From NCBI RefSeq assembly GCF_032444005.1, contig NC_091282.1:55552001-55616000 (forward strand): a stretch of DNA of 64,000 nt, in the 5' to 3' direction. The notes under the pieces were generated by a model. The model was not told the DNA's origin. It made no database searches and saw nothing but the letters and a program-made list of their open reading frames with translations. Positions 62,763 through 64,000 of this stretch are shown in pieces. Made by a program: the position numbers and the translations under genes. Source of the DNA: Ranitomeya imitator. Lineage: Eukaryota. The number at the start of each line of letters is the position of its first letter. The first letter of the stretch is position 1.

Positions 62763-62810
62763 CAAGCGCCGCAGAATATGTTGGCGCTATATAAATAAAA
62801 TTATTATTAT
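62763..62810 (+). mobile_element. L2 3' tip only
   Basis: AAGCGCCGCAGAATATGTTGGCGCTATATAAATAAAATTATTATTAT, nearly identical to about 935-990. Confidence 0.7.
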
Positions 62811-63356
62811 AACATGTTCTCCACAAGACAAGATGGAGTAAATTGCAGTCCCTTCTGCCCCCACCGAGCCGTCCTTTATGTCGGATGTCATACCTCTTTA
62901 CAAGCCCTCATTTTCCTGGATTACTTTCAGCATAAGTGGTTTAGCATCTCTACTGGTAATAGCTCCATTTACACATCCAGACTGAGACCAATAAAATGTG
63001 GAGTCCACCCGTCCACGACACTTAGTCATATTACATCTCACAGAGGTCAGGCGATGGGGACGTACAACGCCGTTACTATTCACATTACCAGCAGACCTGT
63101 CATGGAACAGGATGAGACAAGGAATTTCCAGTTTCTTGTTTTAATTTCTTCAAACTGAGATGTCAAACAGCCCTCAAGAACATCCTGTCCACTCCGTCAA
63201 ATACAGAATCAATGGCCTCACTCACATTTTACTTTGGCAGAAAAGGATCTGATCGCATCCTCTGAGTAACCCATAACCCAAGATGGAAAATCTGCCATCA
63301 TTAAAGGTCGTTTCTACTTTCAAGAAAGTGGACTGCAAACGCTTTATAATATCTAA

Positions 63357-64000
63357 GGCCGGTTTCACACGTCCGTTTAATTCCAGTACCGGGAAAAAAT
63401 GGTACCGGAGATATCTGTGTCTGTGTGTCCATGTGTGTACTACGTGTGGCAACCGTGTGCGACCCATGTGCCGCATCAGAACCACACGGAAAGCTGCCGG
63501 GGAAGAAGCGTTAGAGTAAGCGCTGTTCCCCGGCGGCTGGTGCTGAAGATGGCTCTCATCATTCTCCCCTGCTCTGCTGCCGAGCAGAGGAGAATGTTGA
63601 GCGCTATTATAAAGTCCGAACGACAGCAGGTGGGGGCTTTTGGGACTCTTACCCCCATCATCCGACACCTGCTGCCGCTAATAAAAGTGACAGTAGATGT
63701 GGATGATCGGGGTATTCCACAGCCGCCGGCTGCAATCTAAGGAAATAAATGAATGAAAAACCCGAAGTGGGTCACCCCTATTTTCTTGAACCAACCAGAC
63801 AAAACTCACAGTTGGGGGCTGCAACCCTCAGCTGTCAGCTTCTGCAAGGTTGGTTATAAAGAATAGAGGGGTCCCCACACTGTTTTTTTTAATTATTTAA
63901 ATAAATAATTTAAAAAAAACTGCATGGGGTCCCCCACATTTTTGACAACTAGCCTTGCTAAAGCTCACAGCTGGGGGCTGCTATTCTCAGGCTGGTAAGG
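63357..64000 (+). mobile_element. Non-autonomous Harbinger-like element running off the window
   Basis: GGCCGGTTTCACACGTC start; shares internal blocks with 43504-44220. Confidence 0.7.

Overview
Vertebrate genomic DNA, most likely an anuran amphibian (inferred from the TE families and minisatellite load; the species cannot be fixed from sequence). The only host gene I recognise is RNF165/ARK2C (Arkadia-like E3 ligase) on the + strand. Three in-phase coding exons lie at 49532-49841, 51557-51676 and 59237-59366. Exon 1 and the RING-domain exons were not found, so most of the window is probably intron 1 plus introns 2-4. The introns are packed with mobile DNA. Bases 1-10642 form a layered nest: an L2 tail, a Penelope-like element split in-frame by a Tc1 that is itself split by a CR1, and a young Tf1/sushi-type chromoviral Ty3/Gypsy with 781-bp LTRs and an apparent self-priming site. 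There are also solo LTRs, many non-autonomous DNA transposons and several minisatellites (C-rich 41/52 bp, 46, 57, 35, 74 and 69 bp units). The most interesting signals are three Penelope-linked minimal hammerhead ribozyme motifs. Two have canonical cores. The third has a variant CAGUUGA core and sits at the centre of a perfect 133-bp-arm palindrome inside a 14-bp TSD. Other notable signals are the Gypsy self-priming complementarity, recurrent 6-bp TSDs on LTR elements, long fold-back hairpins in the host pre-mRNA, and a 74-bp satellite in intron 3 made of tandem 3' splice-site look-alikes. All alignments were done by eye; no database searches were run.
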